Below are positions 44,578 to 58,977 of a stretch of DNA of 64,000 nt, in pieces. The DNA comes from Amphiscolops sp. MND2022. Its lineage: Eukaryota. A program made the position numbers and the translations under genes. Location: positions 28,212,001 through 28,276,000 of the forward strand of contig OZ076409.1 of assembly GCA_964187785.1 (NCBI GenBank), written 5' to 3'. Numbering within the stretch: position 1 is the first letter of the stretch; each line of letters starts with the position of its first letter. Below the pieces are notes generated by a model. The model was given only the letters and a program-made list of their open reading frames with translations, searched no databases and was not told the DNA's origin.

Positions 44578-44916
44578 AGGAATAAGATCTGAAATTTCAG
44601 GACGGGAATAAGATCTAAAGGGTATAAGATCTAAAATTTCAGGACAGTAATTAGATCTAAAGGGAATAAGATCTAAAATTTCAGGATGGGAATAAGAACT
44701 AAAGAGAATAAGGTCTAAAGGGAATAAGATATAAAAGGAATAAGATCTAAAAGGAATAAGATCTAAAGCTAAAGGGAATAAGATCCAAATTTGCAGGACC
44801 GGAATAAGATCCAATGGGAATAACATCTAAAGGGAATAAGATCTAAAATTTCAGGAAGTGAATCAGATCTAAAGGTAATATTCTTTTAGATCTTATTCTT
44901 TAGATCCTATTTCCCC
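44578..44916. repeat. GGAATAAGATCTAA minisatellite with inverted terminal copies (foldback/MITE-like)
   Basis: More than a dozen forward units, followed by TTTAGATCTTATTC..TTTAGATCCTATTTCCCC in inverse orientation. Confidence 0.88.
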
Positions 44917-47900
44917 CTCCCAAAATAGCTATGGGTCAGTTGATGAAGGTAAAGAGCGAGGAAAATATCCGGGTGCTTAGCGGGCGTCTTGTATAAAATA
45001 TTAGATTGTGAAAAACGAAATCTTTCAGAAACGATTTAAACTAGCGAAATGAAAACTGTCTCATGAAGAACTAGACTGCCAAGAACTAGACCAGAACTGG
45101 CGAGGATTTCAACGAAAAATTCTCAAGGCTGCCGAGGACTGGGCCCGTACTGATGAGACAAAGTTTTGAAAACTGGAGTTACCTTTGGCAGTCCTTGCAA
45201 TTCTTGAATTATCCTGTCCAGAACGTTGAGTCCTTGAGTTATCATGTTAAGTCCACAGGATAGTTAGGTCGGGCAATTTTTACAGTAGGGTACAAAAAAG
45301 CTATGGACACTCGATTCGGCTAACAATTATTTCAAAACGCATAATATTTGAACATATTGATTTTACAAAAAGGTTTCAGGTGTAAATGTCTCTCAAATTT
45401 CGATCAGACTAACAAAGGTATTTTTGCTAGAGTCGAAGCAACATTTCAAAATATTTATCACCACATTTTGAGAAATGATGGAATTTCTTCCACTTTAATA
45501 CGCAATATCTCAAAAAATTACTGATCAGAAGAAACACTTCTAATCAGTTGTGTAGTCTTGACCCCGTTCGTTAACTTCACCAAAACGTTTTCTGAAAATG
45601 CGTTCGTTAATCTCCAAAACGTTTTCTGAAAAGGCTTTCTTGAGGAATGAACAAGTGATAAATAGCTGTAATTCCGTCGTTTTACGGTGAAAATTTAAAG
45701 AATTCGCATTTAGGGATGAGTTTGCAGTGCTAACACTTGAAGAGGGCGTTTTCACTTAAAAAAGTTAAAGTCGAAAGTTATAGATCTCAGTTAAAGGTAG
45801 AACGTTTGTCATGTTAGTTTTTGCTACGACCAGTGGTTTTTGAGGTTTTGCATGATCAATTACAAAAAATGCCACCAGAAGTGAAAAATAAGCTAAGTGT
45901 TTTACGTTTTGTATTTATTGATCAATTTCGAAACAAAAAATACCGCTGTATTTTTTGAATAAAATTTGAGAAAGTTTTGCACGCGGGACTTTTGTGTCAA
46001 TTGAATATTTATAAATTCATTGTGGTGTGACATTTCTTGTCAGAGAAATCAAGTGTCTTTAGTTTTTGGGTACCTTAATCTAGCATGGCAACAACTTGAA
46101 GTAAACAAGACGGGAACGACCAAAGTTGGCGCTATAAATAAGGCTCAAAAGCGCAGTTTTTAAATATGCGTAGGACGTTTTCATGAGAAACTCGTTTTCA
46201 AACCTTCGCCTCCCCTTAGTAAAACGCAATATAGTTCGGATATACCCTAGTCGAACCTGTCGGAACGTTTTCCATGTTGCATCTATGCATTCATTCTAAA
46301 TTTTTGATGATCATAGAAAATACTGAAAGCACTTATGGAGAAATTTTGTAGGATTACAATGCAGCTTCCATTTTTTCAAATAAAACTGAAATCATTTCCA
46401 CTTCTTCATCGCCGTGATCACTTTTTCACGCGTAAGTTTCTCAAAGTAAGCACCTTATGTAGTCACCGTTATTCAAATAGCACGCTGAATATGACGCTAC
46501 TTTGAAACTTATAATGTGACTGAAGTTTATGTGCATTGAAATTGCGGTAAAATTATTGAGCTTACAGCTACTTTCAAAGTTAGAATTGTTTCTTAGGGAA
46601 ACCTGCAAAACATCGCGGCTCGCAATTGCCGCCAAATTTAGGATGCATCTTATAGGCAGCTTAATGAAATTAAATTGAATAAATTTTATTGCATGAAAGT
46701 TTCCTTGAGAGTTTTATAAAATTATGAAAAAAGCTTGGCAACTTACAAAAACTTGTGAAAAGTTCAAGCAGTTTCAACCAGGGTAACGTCAAAAATTCGG
46801 ATAGTATTGAAAAAATTATTTGTGGGCATATATTGAGAAAAGCTCATTTCAGACGGGAAATGAGAATTTTGAAACAGTCTAATGGTGCCGTAAAATGTAA
46901 AAGGAGATCCACTTTGGGCTTTTTGAAATTGCAGTTTGTTGGAAAATATCAAAGAAATTGAAGTGGGACCCTTGGGTGACATGAAAAAATTTTCGAATCA
47001 AAATCTAACAGTGCCAAAAAATTGAAAGGGCGTAAAATGCGCGAAAAAGTTTCTGGCTGAAGCAGGGACCGCTGGGTTCCCCCTAAACCGATTAAGGTCT
47101 GTTCGAAAAAGTTGCACATGGTCTGTAGTCTGACGAAAAAAGACTAACCACTGTAATAGTCGTGTATTTTTCTCAAGAAAAGCGTCGACTAAAAACTTGA
47201 AGTCTTCAAAGTAATTTCTGTAAGCAACGCACTAAAGTTGTCACATTTTTCAGTCACGGCAACCATTTTTTTGCCGCTGCAACTATTCAAGTCGGAGCTC
47301 TCATTACGTTATTATATTTTCAACTAGTGATGGTTGGAAATATCGGAAGTTTAGATGATTTTACCAGTGAGAGTTATTTCGCTTCGAAGAAAAGATGTCA
47401 GTTTGAATTGAATGATTGACAAGTTGAATTGCGGTGTTTAAAGTTGTTTTGAAAAGTTTAATGACAAAAGTATCTGAATTTTTGAGTGCTCGAAAATTTT
47501 CATTACTTCCGTTTTTTTTCGTTCACTTAGTACCAGTCTGTCCGTCATCGCTTTCTCCGCGTGAAAGTTCTCTCGCTTCTGCTGTTGCCAAAATTACTGC
47601 CAAAATGGTAAACAACTTGCATCAATTATTCATTTTTATGCAATATAATTTATCAGCACAAAAAACTGAATCCGGGATTAAAACCTCGATCTCTGTGCTA
47701 CTTGAATACATTTAGGTTGAATAATTGTTTTTAGCTGCCCTTACATCTTATTTGTAATCAATATATTTTTTGTATTCAGTTGAATAAACATTCCTTCTTT
47801 TCCTTCACACACGGACATGAGCTCAAAAAACTAGTATAATGTTTCTATTAAATTCTTACATTTCAAAGATACAAATTTCACAATAATTGCACTCCCGTTT

Positions 47901-47964
47901 TCAACTGAACTTTTGATAAGAACAATATATTAGTTGTCCGCTGCACTGGAAATCTACGCCGTTC

Positions 47965-50900
47965 TCATTCTTCATAACCAAGATCTTTGACGACAGATTT
48001 GCAAATGTCCTGCAATTTGATGTCACTATCTTCCCACTGTCTCACCAGAGAACTCGCATTCCTGTGCCGTGTGTCGTAGGGGTTGTTCAGTTCCTTGTTC
48101 GAAGCTGGTTCTCCCCCCTTCATGTTGAGTTTGATCCATTCCTATAAACAATGGTCACTTCAAAACATGGAATCTCCTTTTCAGGTCTCCGCTGCCTGCA
48201 ATTGATTATTTTCCCCATATATTTCATGTTGGGACAGTGAAACGTTATTTTATCACTCAGCTGTGTTTCTTCTGAAGTAACTTCGCTTTCATCTAGTTTT
48301 TTACTCAAAATATAGTTCATTTCGATGTGTTACCATAACTTGTCACAAGATCACCTTTTTTATCCTGAATCTGTGCGACAAAACTTGCATACCGATAACT
48401 CATGATCATTATAAGACTTCGAAAATCCATTGAAAGTTTGCAAAATATCTATTTCGAGCAAATTGCAAATCTGAACAAATCAGTCAGTTTAAATTTGGAA
48501 TCTAGGAAAACTCGTCGAAAAGCAACTTGCCGAAAATTCTCTGGTGGAAAACTCGTCTCCGACGAATATAGCGCTAACTTTGAGATCGTACTGTGTCATA
48601 AAGGTCTTTAGAAAGAGAAATGTTTCACTTTTATACTCACAGTGTAATACTTCATAAAAAGTAAGTAAGTAAGTAAGTTGATTTATTTGGATGGAATGAT
48701 ACAAAGATACGAATTAATAATGCATAGCATACAATTAGTTATCAATCTAGAACATCCAAAAAGGACAAGGAATGAGCATATATGCTCTTCGAGTCCTTGC
48801 CCCTAGAACCAATTATGGCGTATTAAATAGATTTCACTTTAATGCTTAGAAAAAAAATTGAGTAGAGGTGTTTGTTATCAACAATATAAAGATCAGTGAG
48901 ATTTTTTGTATATTTACGAAGTTGAACCTTACTGAAACACTCAATATTTTCAGGGATTAAGTCCATCCATTTCAACCAATTGAATGCTTTTTGCAAAGTG
49001 TTTTCTAATGACTTCCTTTTTCCTGCAGTTCTGCAATAGGTTGAACAAAAAAGCCCTTTTTGGCCCCAGCGGGTTGTCGGTTTGTCCTTTTCTAAAATTT
49101 TCTCAGGGAAAAATTTTTGTGGTGTCTCATTACGTAGTTGTTTGAACAGCTCCTTGACAAGCTCTCTAATAACAAGTTTGCAATGGATTCGAAGCGCTTT
49201 TTGAAAAAAATAGCTCGGATAATTCTTCGCTGTGCGTTTTCAATTTTTTCAAACTCGTTTTAGCTGCTGAGCCATACACTAAAATACCGTAGGAAATGGT
49301 TGACCTGGCAAACGAATCATAGAACACGAGAAGACATTTTCTCGGATACAAGTCTCTGACACGGTAAACCAAACCACAAAATTTATTGAGTTTCTTCACA
49401 ACGTAGTTTTTGTGTTCCCTGAACCTGATACATCCATATAGATGTAGCCCTAAGTATTTACATGAAGATTTGTACCTTAGTTCTTCATTTAGAATAGTTA
49501 TTTTTTCTGGCAATCCACAGCCATATGATATTGCTTCGCATTTACCTATATTGACTGTAAGTTCACTAACTGTGAACCAATCAGTGATTCTACGGAGATC
49601 TTCATTGATTTTCCGTTCAGTATTTTTTCCTGACTTTACAATAGTTGTATCATCTGCAAACATTACTATTTGACTGTCCTTCACAACTTTTTCTAGGTCA
49701 TTGATGTAAAGGAGGAAAAGAAAGGGGCCTAGTACACTGCCCTGGGGAACGCCAGTTTTAACACAGAGCTTTTTGGAATGATTTCCGTTTTCACAAACAA
49801 ATTGATACCGGTCACTGAGATAAATCCGCAGATTTCTGAAATCGTTACTCTGAAGCCATATTTCTCCAATTTTATCATTAGAATTTCATAGTCAAGTGTA
49901 TCGAACGCTTTCTGTAAGTCAATAAAGCAAGCTTGTCCTTTATTCTTTCGTTCAATTTCATTTCTCATGAATTCAGTCACAGAGTTTATAGTGTCAATGC
50001 ATGATCTTTTCTCTCTGAATCCATTTTGAGTATTTCTTAAAATGTTCTCTTTGCAAAATTTGACCATACGTTCATGAAAGAGTTTCTCGAAGACCTTCCC
50101 TAATGAACTTAAAAGGCTTATTGGTCGGTAATTGGATGGATCTGTTTTATCGCCTTTTTTGTGTAGAGGAATGACTTTTGCAGTTTCGAAACACTTTGGA
50201 TATGTTTTTTCGTGAATGCATTTATTGAAGGCGATTGCAATATAATTTTCAACAATGGGAGAGCAGCATTTGATTATTTCATTGGTGATGTCACCTTCGC
50301 TAACTTTTTTTTTGCATTTCATTTGGCGTATTACTTTAGTTACCTCTGAGCATTTGTTTTATAAACAAACATTGTTTTCTCTGACCTGTCAATATCCGAT
50401 TTAGCTCGGATTTCAGGCAATTCAGATGATAACTTCGAGCCAATATTTGCAACGTATTCATTCATCACTTCAAGGTCAGGAAAATTTGAATTTTGTTGTT
50501 GCCGTTTCTTCATGCCTAACGTTTTATAAATGGTTTTGGAATCCGGAGTCTGAAGTAATATGGATTACGGATTATAATGTATTATGACACTAGTAATTAG
50601 TATTAAACTGTAACAATAAAAGTGAAACATTTCAAGTAATTGTATAACTAAAAAGCTAAAGCTATAATATGCGTAAAACTGAAAATTTCACGCACCAATT
50701 AAGGAAATTTAATCCATAATTAGCACTGGATAAACCCTGAGGGTAATCTGTACTTATTCGACGAGCTCGCGCTCAATTATTATTCGACGAGTTAATTTTC
50801 AACTAGTTTTCCGTCCTTTAATTTCGACGAGTTGCATTCGGCGAGTTGTTTCCGAGGAGTTTTCCACATACCTTAAATTTGACTGCGAAAAACCTTACTA

Positions 50901-53900
50901 CTAATCAAATTTTTCAATACTTTATGAGTTAAACTTATGATGCAATGGACAGGGTGTTTGATCAATACAATTTACACAATTTCTTTACAAATACGCTTCA
51001 GAATCCAGCCAAAAATGTATCCACACTTCCATTGGATGAACTTTTTTCATTACGAAAAACTGATACACAGCTCCGGTTTTGTTAATTCAACTTTATTCGT
51101 GCAAACTGCAAATTCAAGCACTCAAATTAAATCTTTTGCCTAACAACGAAAAGCTACCTATCAAACTTCATTGCCTCCATAAAAGCAATTCCCAAGTCAG
51201 ACGCAAATACATTAGAAAACATGCTTCCAAAAGTGATAGCAAAGTTTTTCTCCTGACCTGGCAAAACTATTAAAACCCGAACACAGCCACAACCCAAATT
51301 ATTGAACCTGCATTATCCACAAATGCCATTTTTGATGCAATTGCCAGTGGAAACTATATAAATTAGTTTAGGTCGAAATTGCAAACGGTTGAAAATGCAA
51401 TAGTTTGAAATTGCGAGCGGTTGAAACTGCGAGCGGTTGAAACTGCGAGCGGTTGAAACTGCGAGCGGTTGAAACTGCGAGCGCTTAAAATTGCATATTT
51501 TGAAAGTGTATTGGACGAAATGTCCTGACACCGCAAAAGACAGGTGTTACTTAAAGATGAGGTTTTACCGTTATCCGAAAATTGCCGCAGTTTTTAGTCA
51601 TCGCTTTGGTAGAAAGAGCAGACTATAGTAGTGACTTTTTTGTTTTTAAGACGAACGAACTGACAGAATAAGTTCTACCAAATGTTATTCAGTTTTGGCA
51701 GTCCCTTTTGGCCAACTAGATTTGAGTTGCAAAAGAGTCCCTTTCGACAATACCGCAACCCATACCGGATTTAATGCAAACCGGATTTAACGAATTCAGG
51801 ATATAACGTATACCGGATATAACGTCCTTGGAGAATTTTTAACTTTTAGAAAGGGTCCCCCCTTTCAATTTTAAGAATGTTTGGAGTTGATACAAAATCA
51901 TTTGAAGCCAAAGGGTCCCACCTTTGGATTTTTTCGGTATTGATCTTATTTTTTCAACTTAACCGAACAGCTGTTTTATTATCATTACTGAAACTTGTTT
52001 TTGGACCGAAACTTTTTCTCAATACCAAAACCGTTTTTTCCCGAAACTTTCATTTAGTCAAAGGGTACCCTCCCGCTTTCATAGCTGATTTCGGCTTGAG
52101 AAAAGGTCGTTTCCGACATGAAAATTCCTTTTTCAGTATTATGAGACTTCTCCAAAAAAATCACAATGTACTAACAGTCTTGCATTGGTTATCGGGTGAA
52201 ATTCATGAACCGTATCATTAGTCGCAATACTTCAATGCGGTTGCCACATCAAAGTTTGGATTTGCATCCAATTGATCTTTTACTGTGGGCACTTTCGGCA
52301 GCTCTAGTATATGTCAAGCGTCCACAGAGCATTATTGTCATCAAAGAAACTGTTAGTTTTTTGAATTCTGCGGAATCGCAAACAGTAGCAGAAGTTGTTG
52401 AAAGATTTTTAAACGTGCAAATTTTTGCTAGGAGATGGCCGTTCAGCATTTTCAGCAAAATATCCAGACTGGTCAAAGTTCATCGGTTTATCTGAGCGCT
52501 ATTCAAATGGGACTTTTTTAAAGATGAATTGAGGTTTATTTTTCTACGCTTTTGCTCGAACACCTTACCTGAGTTCTAGATGAGACTTCCATTTTCATGA
52601 AATCAGCGATGGATCGGATGCAAGTCTCTGGGTTGAGGGCTATGTCTTCGTACTTCAACAGCTTGACTTGATCACCCCAACCTCGTTCAATCAATTCACG
52701 ACCTAGTAAATTGACAGAAGAATACCAACAACAACGACAAAAAACCTTTCGGAGCAGAGGGTACAATTTGAATACGTATTTTGAACCTGTGCCTAAAAAG
52801 ATCAAAGAACTCGCTTCAAAACGTTAGCGAGTAGCTTTTTCTGGAAGTTTGTAACTTGGTGCTGGTAAATATTGATCCTTTTTTATTTCTTGTCAACTCG
52901 AAGGTGTAACCTGTCATATAAAGTCTTCTTTCTTCGACGCAGAATGCTTGTGACTCGGTTGCGTTCCAGAAAACTTTCTTCATTCTGAAAAAGGTCATTT
53001 CTCAATAGAAAACTATTGAGAAAAGTGTTAAAATTACTCTGACATGCGATGAGCTACCATGAGCTGTCATTATTTTCTCATTCTGTTCGTAGTGAAGATA
53101 AAAGTGGAAGTTTCGTTGGTGTAAATGTCATTTCAATATATAACTTTCCAGACATAGACATGTCCATACCTATTAACATACGTATTAACGTGATTTAACA
53201 CAGCTTCCAACTATAATATTGGAGCCAAATAACTAAAGGGCAACCATAATGAATACCAATGTTTCATACTGATGATATTTCTTGTTGAAAACAGGTCTGA
53301 AATTTGTGGTTTCAGCGCTTATATTCATTCCTCAGAGGAAATTCCGATCATTTCTCGAGTTTGAATCAGTCGATTTGCTCTGAAGAAAATAAGAGAGTGT
53401 CACCTGCTGTATAAAGCTGCCCTAGGATCTCGGACGAGGAAAAAGATGACGAGGTTCTCGAACTCTATCAGCAGTTCCTCCAACAACTCTACCTGCTGAT
53501 CAATTGGCAACAGTGACAGTCTGATCACTTTGATGACCTTGAAATTCACTGTGGGGCAGTATCTTTGTAATTCCTTAAAAATGAACATCGCTGAACGTTT
53601 TACAATGACTTTTCAAGAAAACCAATGAGAACCCAAAAACAGGTAAACACATTGGACGTTCTTCGGAAATTCAATTGTTAGTAGAACAAAATACAGAAAT
53701 ACAGAAGATTTCAGGTGAAATGCATGCAAGTCTGATTGTCATTTGAAAATATCAGAATGCTTTGAAAACAAACGGTAAAAAATGATTCAGTTACATCAAA
53801 AACGTAGTTTTTGACAACTTGTCGTAGTTTACGACCAAAGCATGATAACAATGCCGACAATTGAAGACATCTTCTATGATAAACGAGTACATTTTCGGAT

Positions 53901-55878
53901 CCACTTTATGTTGAAAATTTTACCAGTTTGCGTTTCTCGCAAAGTGTTTCTCGATAGAAAATGAAGGATCTGGCTTTGAGATTGGGCTCCAACTTGAATG
54001 TTCTATCCGAGTGAGGCCATTTCTTGAAGTAGGGACCTGTCGACGATCTGAAACAAAAACATTTTATGGCTTCTTTTCCTAGATTTCATCTTTTTAGAAA
54101 CTGCTCCCGATTGAGGGCTTTAGAAAACAGAAGGTCAACGAAAAAGAGATGTTTCAAATTATGAAAAATCTCGGAATCGCAAAACGTATCAATAGTATGC
54201 ATTGAATATACGACACTACATTGAAAACAACCTAGCGAACTCGGGGTGGAAATTGTTCACAACAAGACATCCGTTGAGCACCAGCATACTTTCTGGTCCG
54301 AAGAATTGTAGCGAAGACACAGTCTGAAGGCTAAAGCGTAGCCAATAAACTACTATTTAGCAAAAAAATAGAAAACTTGAAAATTTTGACACAAAAAATT
54401 TTTTTTAGATAATTTGAATTTTTTGCGAAACTATCTTTTTCTTTACAAATAGTTTATTTTATGGTTATTGAATCATCCATACAAACAGGAACAAGCAGGA
54501 AACGACGCAAGTTGGTACGCCGCTCAAGACTCAAAAAGTGCATTCTTTTAAATATGTTCCAGGACAATCAATGAGAAAACTAATACAATCTTACAGACCT
54601 GAAAACCAACCGAAATGGCCTCCTTGAGACCCGCGAAACATTTTTTCCTCTGAAAGCATAAAAACACCCAACTTTGTTTTCATACTTATTCTCGCCGTGC
54701 CAAAAAATTGAAAAAAGGAAATTTTTAGCATCGCAAAACGCATTTTTATTGAGTTTGAAAACACCAAAAACTCAAAGAGGAAATTATACAGTGCACTATA
54801 TAACAACGTTATATCCAAAAACCTTATGCCTCGAATTCTATTTGAATAACTCATTTCCATATGTGGAAACATTGTATGAATTGAAGTCAGATCAACTTGT
54901 GATAATGATTGTAATAGCTCCGTGAATTCCAGCTGATTGAATTGAAAACAGTAACGGGATGTAAATGACGCTTCAAGTGAATGCGTCTATATTTCTGATT
55001 TTGCCACTTTGGCTTACTTTGGCAGGTTGTTAGTAATTAACAATTTTCTCACAACTGTATTTACATGTAGCGCTCTACCACAATGATCCCCTGGAATACA
55101 TATCATGGCATTTGAATTATGAAATTGGTTTTCGGCAGACATGCAAACCAATGACATACTTGTTGAATATGCAGTTGAAGCTGTCCTTCAACATGTTGAG
55201 GCTCAAGTTAGGGTCCAGAAACTTGCCCATCTGAGCAGCCCATAGAGGCTCGAACACATAGAACGGGCTTGGAGAGAAAGTGGAGATTATCTCCCCAAAC
55301 ATGGAAGATCCACTTCTCCCGATGCTGTTGATGAGCACGTGACGAGTTTCCCCGCCGTCAAAATTTTTGTTGATGGGAGATACGTATCTGAACAAGAACA
55401 AAACAGTTTCAATAAATAAGTCGATATTCGTTTTGATTCTTCACTAGGCATTATCCGAAAAGAATCAAAAGAGTAGGTTCTATCGAAAGAGTTTCTAAGA
55501 GTTTTTCTGTGAATGTTTTTTGAAACGTTCAAATTTACTGAATTCGAGAATTATGAAAATATGAAAACATGAAAAGAAGTCTATGTTGCATTTTAAATAC
55601 ATTAATACTCAATTTTGTATCAAATACAAGTGATGCTAATTGGCTAACTTTTGTTTAATTGATTCCTTGTTTTTGGCAGCATCTACAGCAGTGGCAAATT
55701 TGAGTTTGATTTTGTATCCTTCGACTGTAGTCTCGTATTTGTACACTTCAGGTAAGTAGATCACTCTGTTAGTCGGGTGAAAAACAACCATCGTAACAAT
55801 CCAAACAGAGAAAACTGCCAAAATGACGAAAATGAAAGACTTTTTAGATAACACTTTCGCCGCTAATGAATTTACCAT
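47965..55878 (-). CDS. spliced host gene: Golgi carbohydrate sulfotransferase (CHST1-7-like, Gal/GlcNAc-6-O)
   Basis: Exons 55878-55649 (type II TM), 55387-55160 (5'PSB GRSGSSMFGE, YVFEPLW), probable ~54048-53925, 53590-53404 (VIKVIRL, 3'PB LVRDPRA..SR), 52984-52911, 52702-52569 (KYEDIALNP) and 48141-47965 (EWIKLN..RNA..QW..QDICK..LGY, stop). One junction phase (exon 3/4) is unresolved. Confidence 0.9.
48498..50872. mobile_element. non-autonomous Mutator-like element, copy 2 (opposite orientation to copy 1)
   Basis: Termini GAATCTAGGAAAACTCG / GAGTTTTCCACATACC with exact 9 bp TSD TTAAATTTG (48489-48497, 50873-50881). Confidence 0.88.
48659..50550 (-). mobile_element. 5'-truncated LINE (CR1/L2-group-like) RT pseudogene nested in the Mutator-like element
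   Basis: NYRPISLLS, FIDLQKAFDT, GVPQGSVLGP, MFADDT and KYLGL over shifted frames. The 3' end has AATAAA followed by an (ACTT)n tail. Confidence 0.9.
51405..51484. repeat. five 16 bp tandem units, TTGAAACTGCGAGCGG
   Basis: Seen directly. Probably the subterminal array of a small DNA element ending ~51532. Confidence 0.92.
52150..52495 (+). pseudogene. Tc1/mariner transposase C-terminal relic
   Basis: VLHWL..KFMNRIISR..LPHQSLDLHPIDLLLW..VY..RPQSI..IKE resembles the WPxxSPDLNPxD..W..LK..VY consensus. Confidence 0.7.
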
Positions 55879-57629
55879 TACTGAATCGTTCTGTAGAAAG
55901 AATGGGTTTTCATTACGTTTGAAGGCATGGAACCTTGACCAAGATCATTGAATCCATACCTTAGCATTCCTTCGAAGGTCATGCTTGGCACAGTGCTACA
56001 TGAGAACAAGTGGCAGTGAGAAGTTACTTAGAAAATTGAAAAACTTTTGGTAGAAGTATTTTGGCTAGTTCAAGTGTATCGAAAAAAACTGACAAAAAAC
56101 CACGACTGTAGTCGTTCTTTTCTTAAAAAAATAGCCGACTAAAAATAGCCGTTCCAAGACAGAGAATTTTCACCGATCGAGGCATCATTTCCATGTCTTC
56201 AAACGCTGTGTTGATGATGAAATTGATGAGATTTGCAGCAATAAGTATTTGTCAAAGAATAAAATGAGTAACTATCGATACTCGTACGAACATGGGGAAA
56301 CTGCTGATAAAAATAATCGGATGAAATTAATTTTCACTTTTCAACCTATATAATTATCAGAAGACAAGGGGTTTTTTCCACGTTGAAAACGTAAATCTTT
56401 GACAATTGGCTTTTTTTGTTTCACGCTGCTGGCCAAAATTTCAGCTGTGTTTGGATAAACGTAAATGTTGAGACATTCAAAATTTTGAGATCGTGTAGAC
56501 CTTTTTGTGGATCCGGTAGGTTGAGCAGGCCTGATTGACAATTACTTTTTGAGCCATAGAACATGAGATGTTAGTTGTGACTTTTGAAGTTTCGATCCAT
56601 TTATTCGCTTCTTCTCATTGAATTTTTGAGGGCGTACTGAAACATTGAACAACGAGAGCTTTTTTAAAATAGAGCTTCATAACACTTCAATGTAATAATG
56701 CTGGATGATGAATTTGTGAGAGTTGAGTTGTTTCATTGTGTCGAGAACAAAGTCAATGAAGAGGAACTTGCACACGTTTTCATCGTTTTAAAATTGGGAT
56801 AACACTCATGACACTAAAAGCATGCATTCACTCAGGCGGGACAATTCACACTGGTTAGAAAGTGAACTCGCTTTGAGTAGAGATGGTATTCACAACAGAA
56901 GTACGGATAAAATAAAATGCCAAAAAGTTTGCGCGGAAGATATATTTTTCCTCGAATAAATATTTATCACTTCAAGAATGAACCTTCAATGTAAAAAATA
57001 TCAGCATGCTCAATAATTGCAATTATATTGTTTTTAGATTTTCATTGCAATGAATAAAATAGTGCTTTTAAAGATTAAAATTAAATTTAAAAAGTTTGGA
57101 GCCATGGCTTCCCATGCATGATTCATCCATGATTCATGGGTTCGTCATGCCGAGAATCATTCTATGATCATGGAAAGATATCCACGGTTCATTGATGATT
57201 ATGGATGAAAAGTCATAAAGCCATGGATGATCATGGATGAAAACGCATAAGGTTAATCATGAAAAGGCCACAATCTTCATCTACTTTGTACTAGCGATGC
57301 TTTTAAACACCACTAATATCGGACAATTGGTGAACTGAAATTAGTATTTCTTCGTCTAAAAAAGACGTAATGTGAATTCATACCAAACTTTGTTTTACAT
57401 ATTTATAACGCTATGAATATGAATCAACAAGCTGACTTCAAAGTGCTTTTTGAAAGTTCTATAGATTTTTTATTTTGATATGTTCCCCATATTTTTGCAA
57501 GAAACCTTCTGGAAAAAGAAAATCGTTTCATTCGGAAGTTTCTAATTGGTGTTTGATGATAGCTTTTCATTGATGCCGAAACATGTAGCTTTCCGTCATG
57601 GATCTTCATTGATGAATCATTTGTTCTCA

Positions 57630-57960
57630 TCAGCAGTGATCATTGATGGTTAGCCACGATTCGAATGTGATGAAAATCACCAAGAACGATTAGCCATGAT
57701 TCGAATGTAATGCGAAAATCGCCAGCGATGATTACCATGATTCGAATGTAATGAAAATGAACATGGACGATAAGCCATGATTCGAATGTAATGAAAATGA
57801 ACATGGATGATGAGCCATGATTGGAATGTAATGCGAAAATTGCCATGGATGATTAGTCACAATACAAAATTAATCAAAGTCACCATGGTTGACAATCTAT
57901 GATTCGAATGTACTGTCATGTAACAACCATGATCGCGGATGAAAAACCATGAATGAGCTA
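57630..57960. repeat. ~41 bp tandem array (AGCCATGATTCGAATGTAATGAAAAT core)
   Basis: About 6-7 diverged units. Related CATG-rich sequence at 57100-57260 suggests one non-autonomous element. Confidence 0.85.
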
Positions 57961-58977
57961 TGTTCGTGAACCTCGGTAAGATTTAATATTTTACCGTTTT
58001 GAAGACAAATTTGAAAATTAAACCCGCCAGAGCTGAACTTTGAATGCTCAAATGTTTGTTTTTAAAAAAACACAAGTGGTATTCTGTACAATTCAACGGT
58101 TGTTTGTAAATCGAATGCATGTCGAAATCAAATTTTTCCGAAATTATTTTTCACTACTAGAATTAGAACTAAATTTTAAATTACATTGAAAACTTGACGA
58201 GACTTTGTTCCTTTTACTTCCACTTTTATAATCAATTATTGACTTTTATATGGTCTTTTGGTCTAGCTGACAGGGGCCTGAAAAGCAGGAGTACAGGTGT
58301 TCGAGGCCGCACTAAGCTAAAATTTTCTTACGCTTGCAAAGGTAGAGGAAAGACCGATGTGTCCCCTTTTTTAAGGTACTCCGCAACGTTCTCTCCAATT
58401 TTCTATTGCAGCCCCTTTCGAATTTCACCAAACATGAATCCTTTTGCGAGCAGAGGGCCCTTTTAGGTTTTTTGGCACTATGCGACTTTTCGAAAAAAGT
58501 GGGAAAATTTGTTTTTCCAAAGTGTTCAATTGAGGGAAACTGTTCTCTTGTTAAAGGGTAATAGAAAGAAAAGCCCACTATGTCTGAATTTTTGCGACAA
58601 AACTATTATTTCCGGTGAAAATAAAAGCAAAAACCTTTTAGGCCCAAAAATGTTTTCTCTGATTTCTTTTGGTACTGTGAAATTGAGAATTTATTCAAAA
58701 TATACTTGACGCACTGAAGTACTTTTGCTTCTTCGAGCTTTAAGCATGGTGCCGGCTTATGCCATTCGCGGCTTGTTATCATTACGGGAACAATGAGGTT
58801 AGTTTTGAGAAACACGAAAGATTGGAGCTGGTTATATTCCAATTCTCTTCCTGAAAACACGTGACATCGTCCGGATGTCTTTTCAGTAAATCGAGCTCAT
58901 TGTCGATCGTTCTCACAAAGTAAAAGTTGTTTGAAATTACCTTTTGAAATTACAAGGCATACGTACTTCAATTTAGG

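Noticed and set aside
43378..44916. CRISPR-like appearance of regular repeats (also 57630-57960)
   Set aside because: Units are head-to-tail with no unique spacers, there are no cas genes, and the context is eukaryotic.
46950..58790. Dispersed repeat-like segments (~46950-47195, ~54480-54820, ~56040-56160, ~58300-58790)
   Set aside because: Probably non-autonomous element relics, but ends and class cannot be supported from this window.
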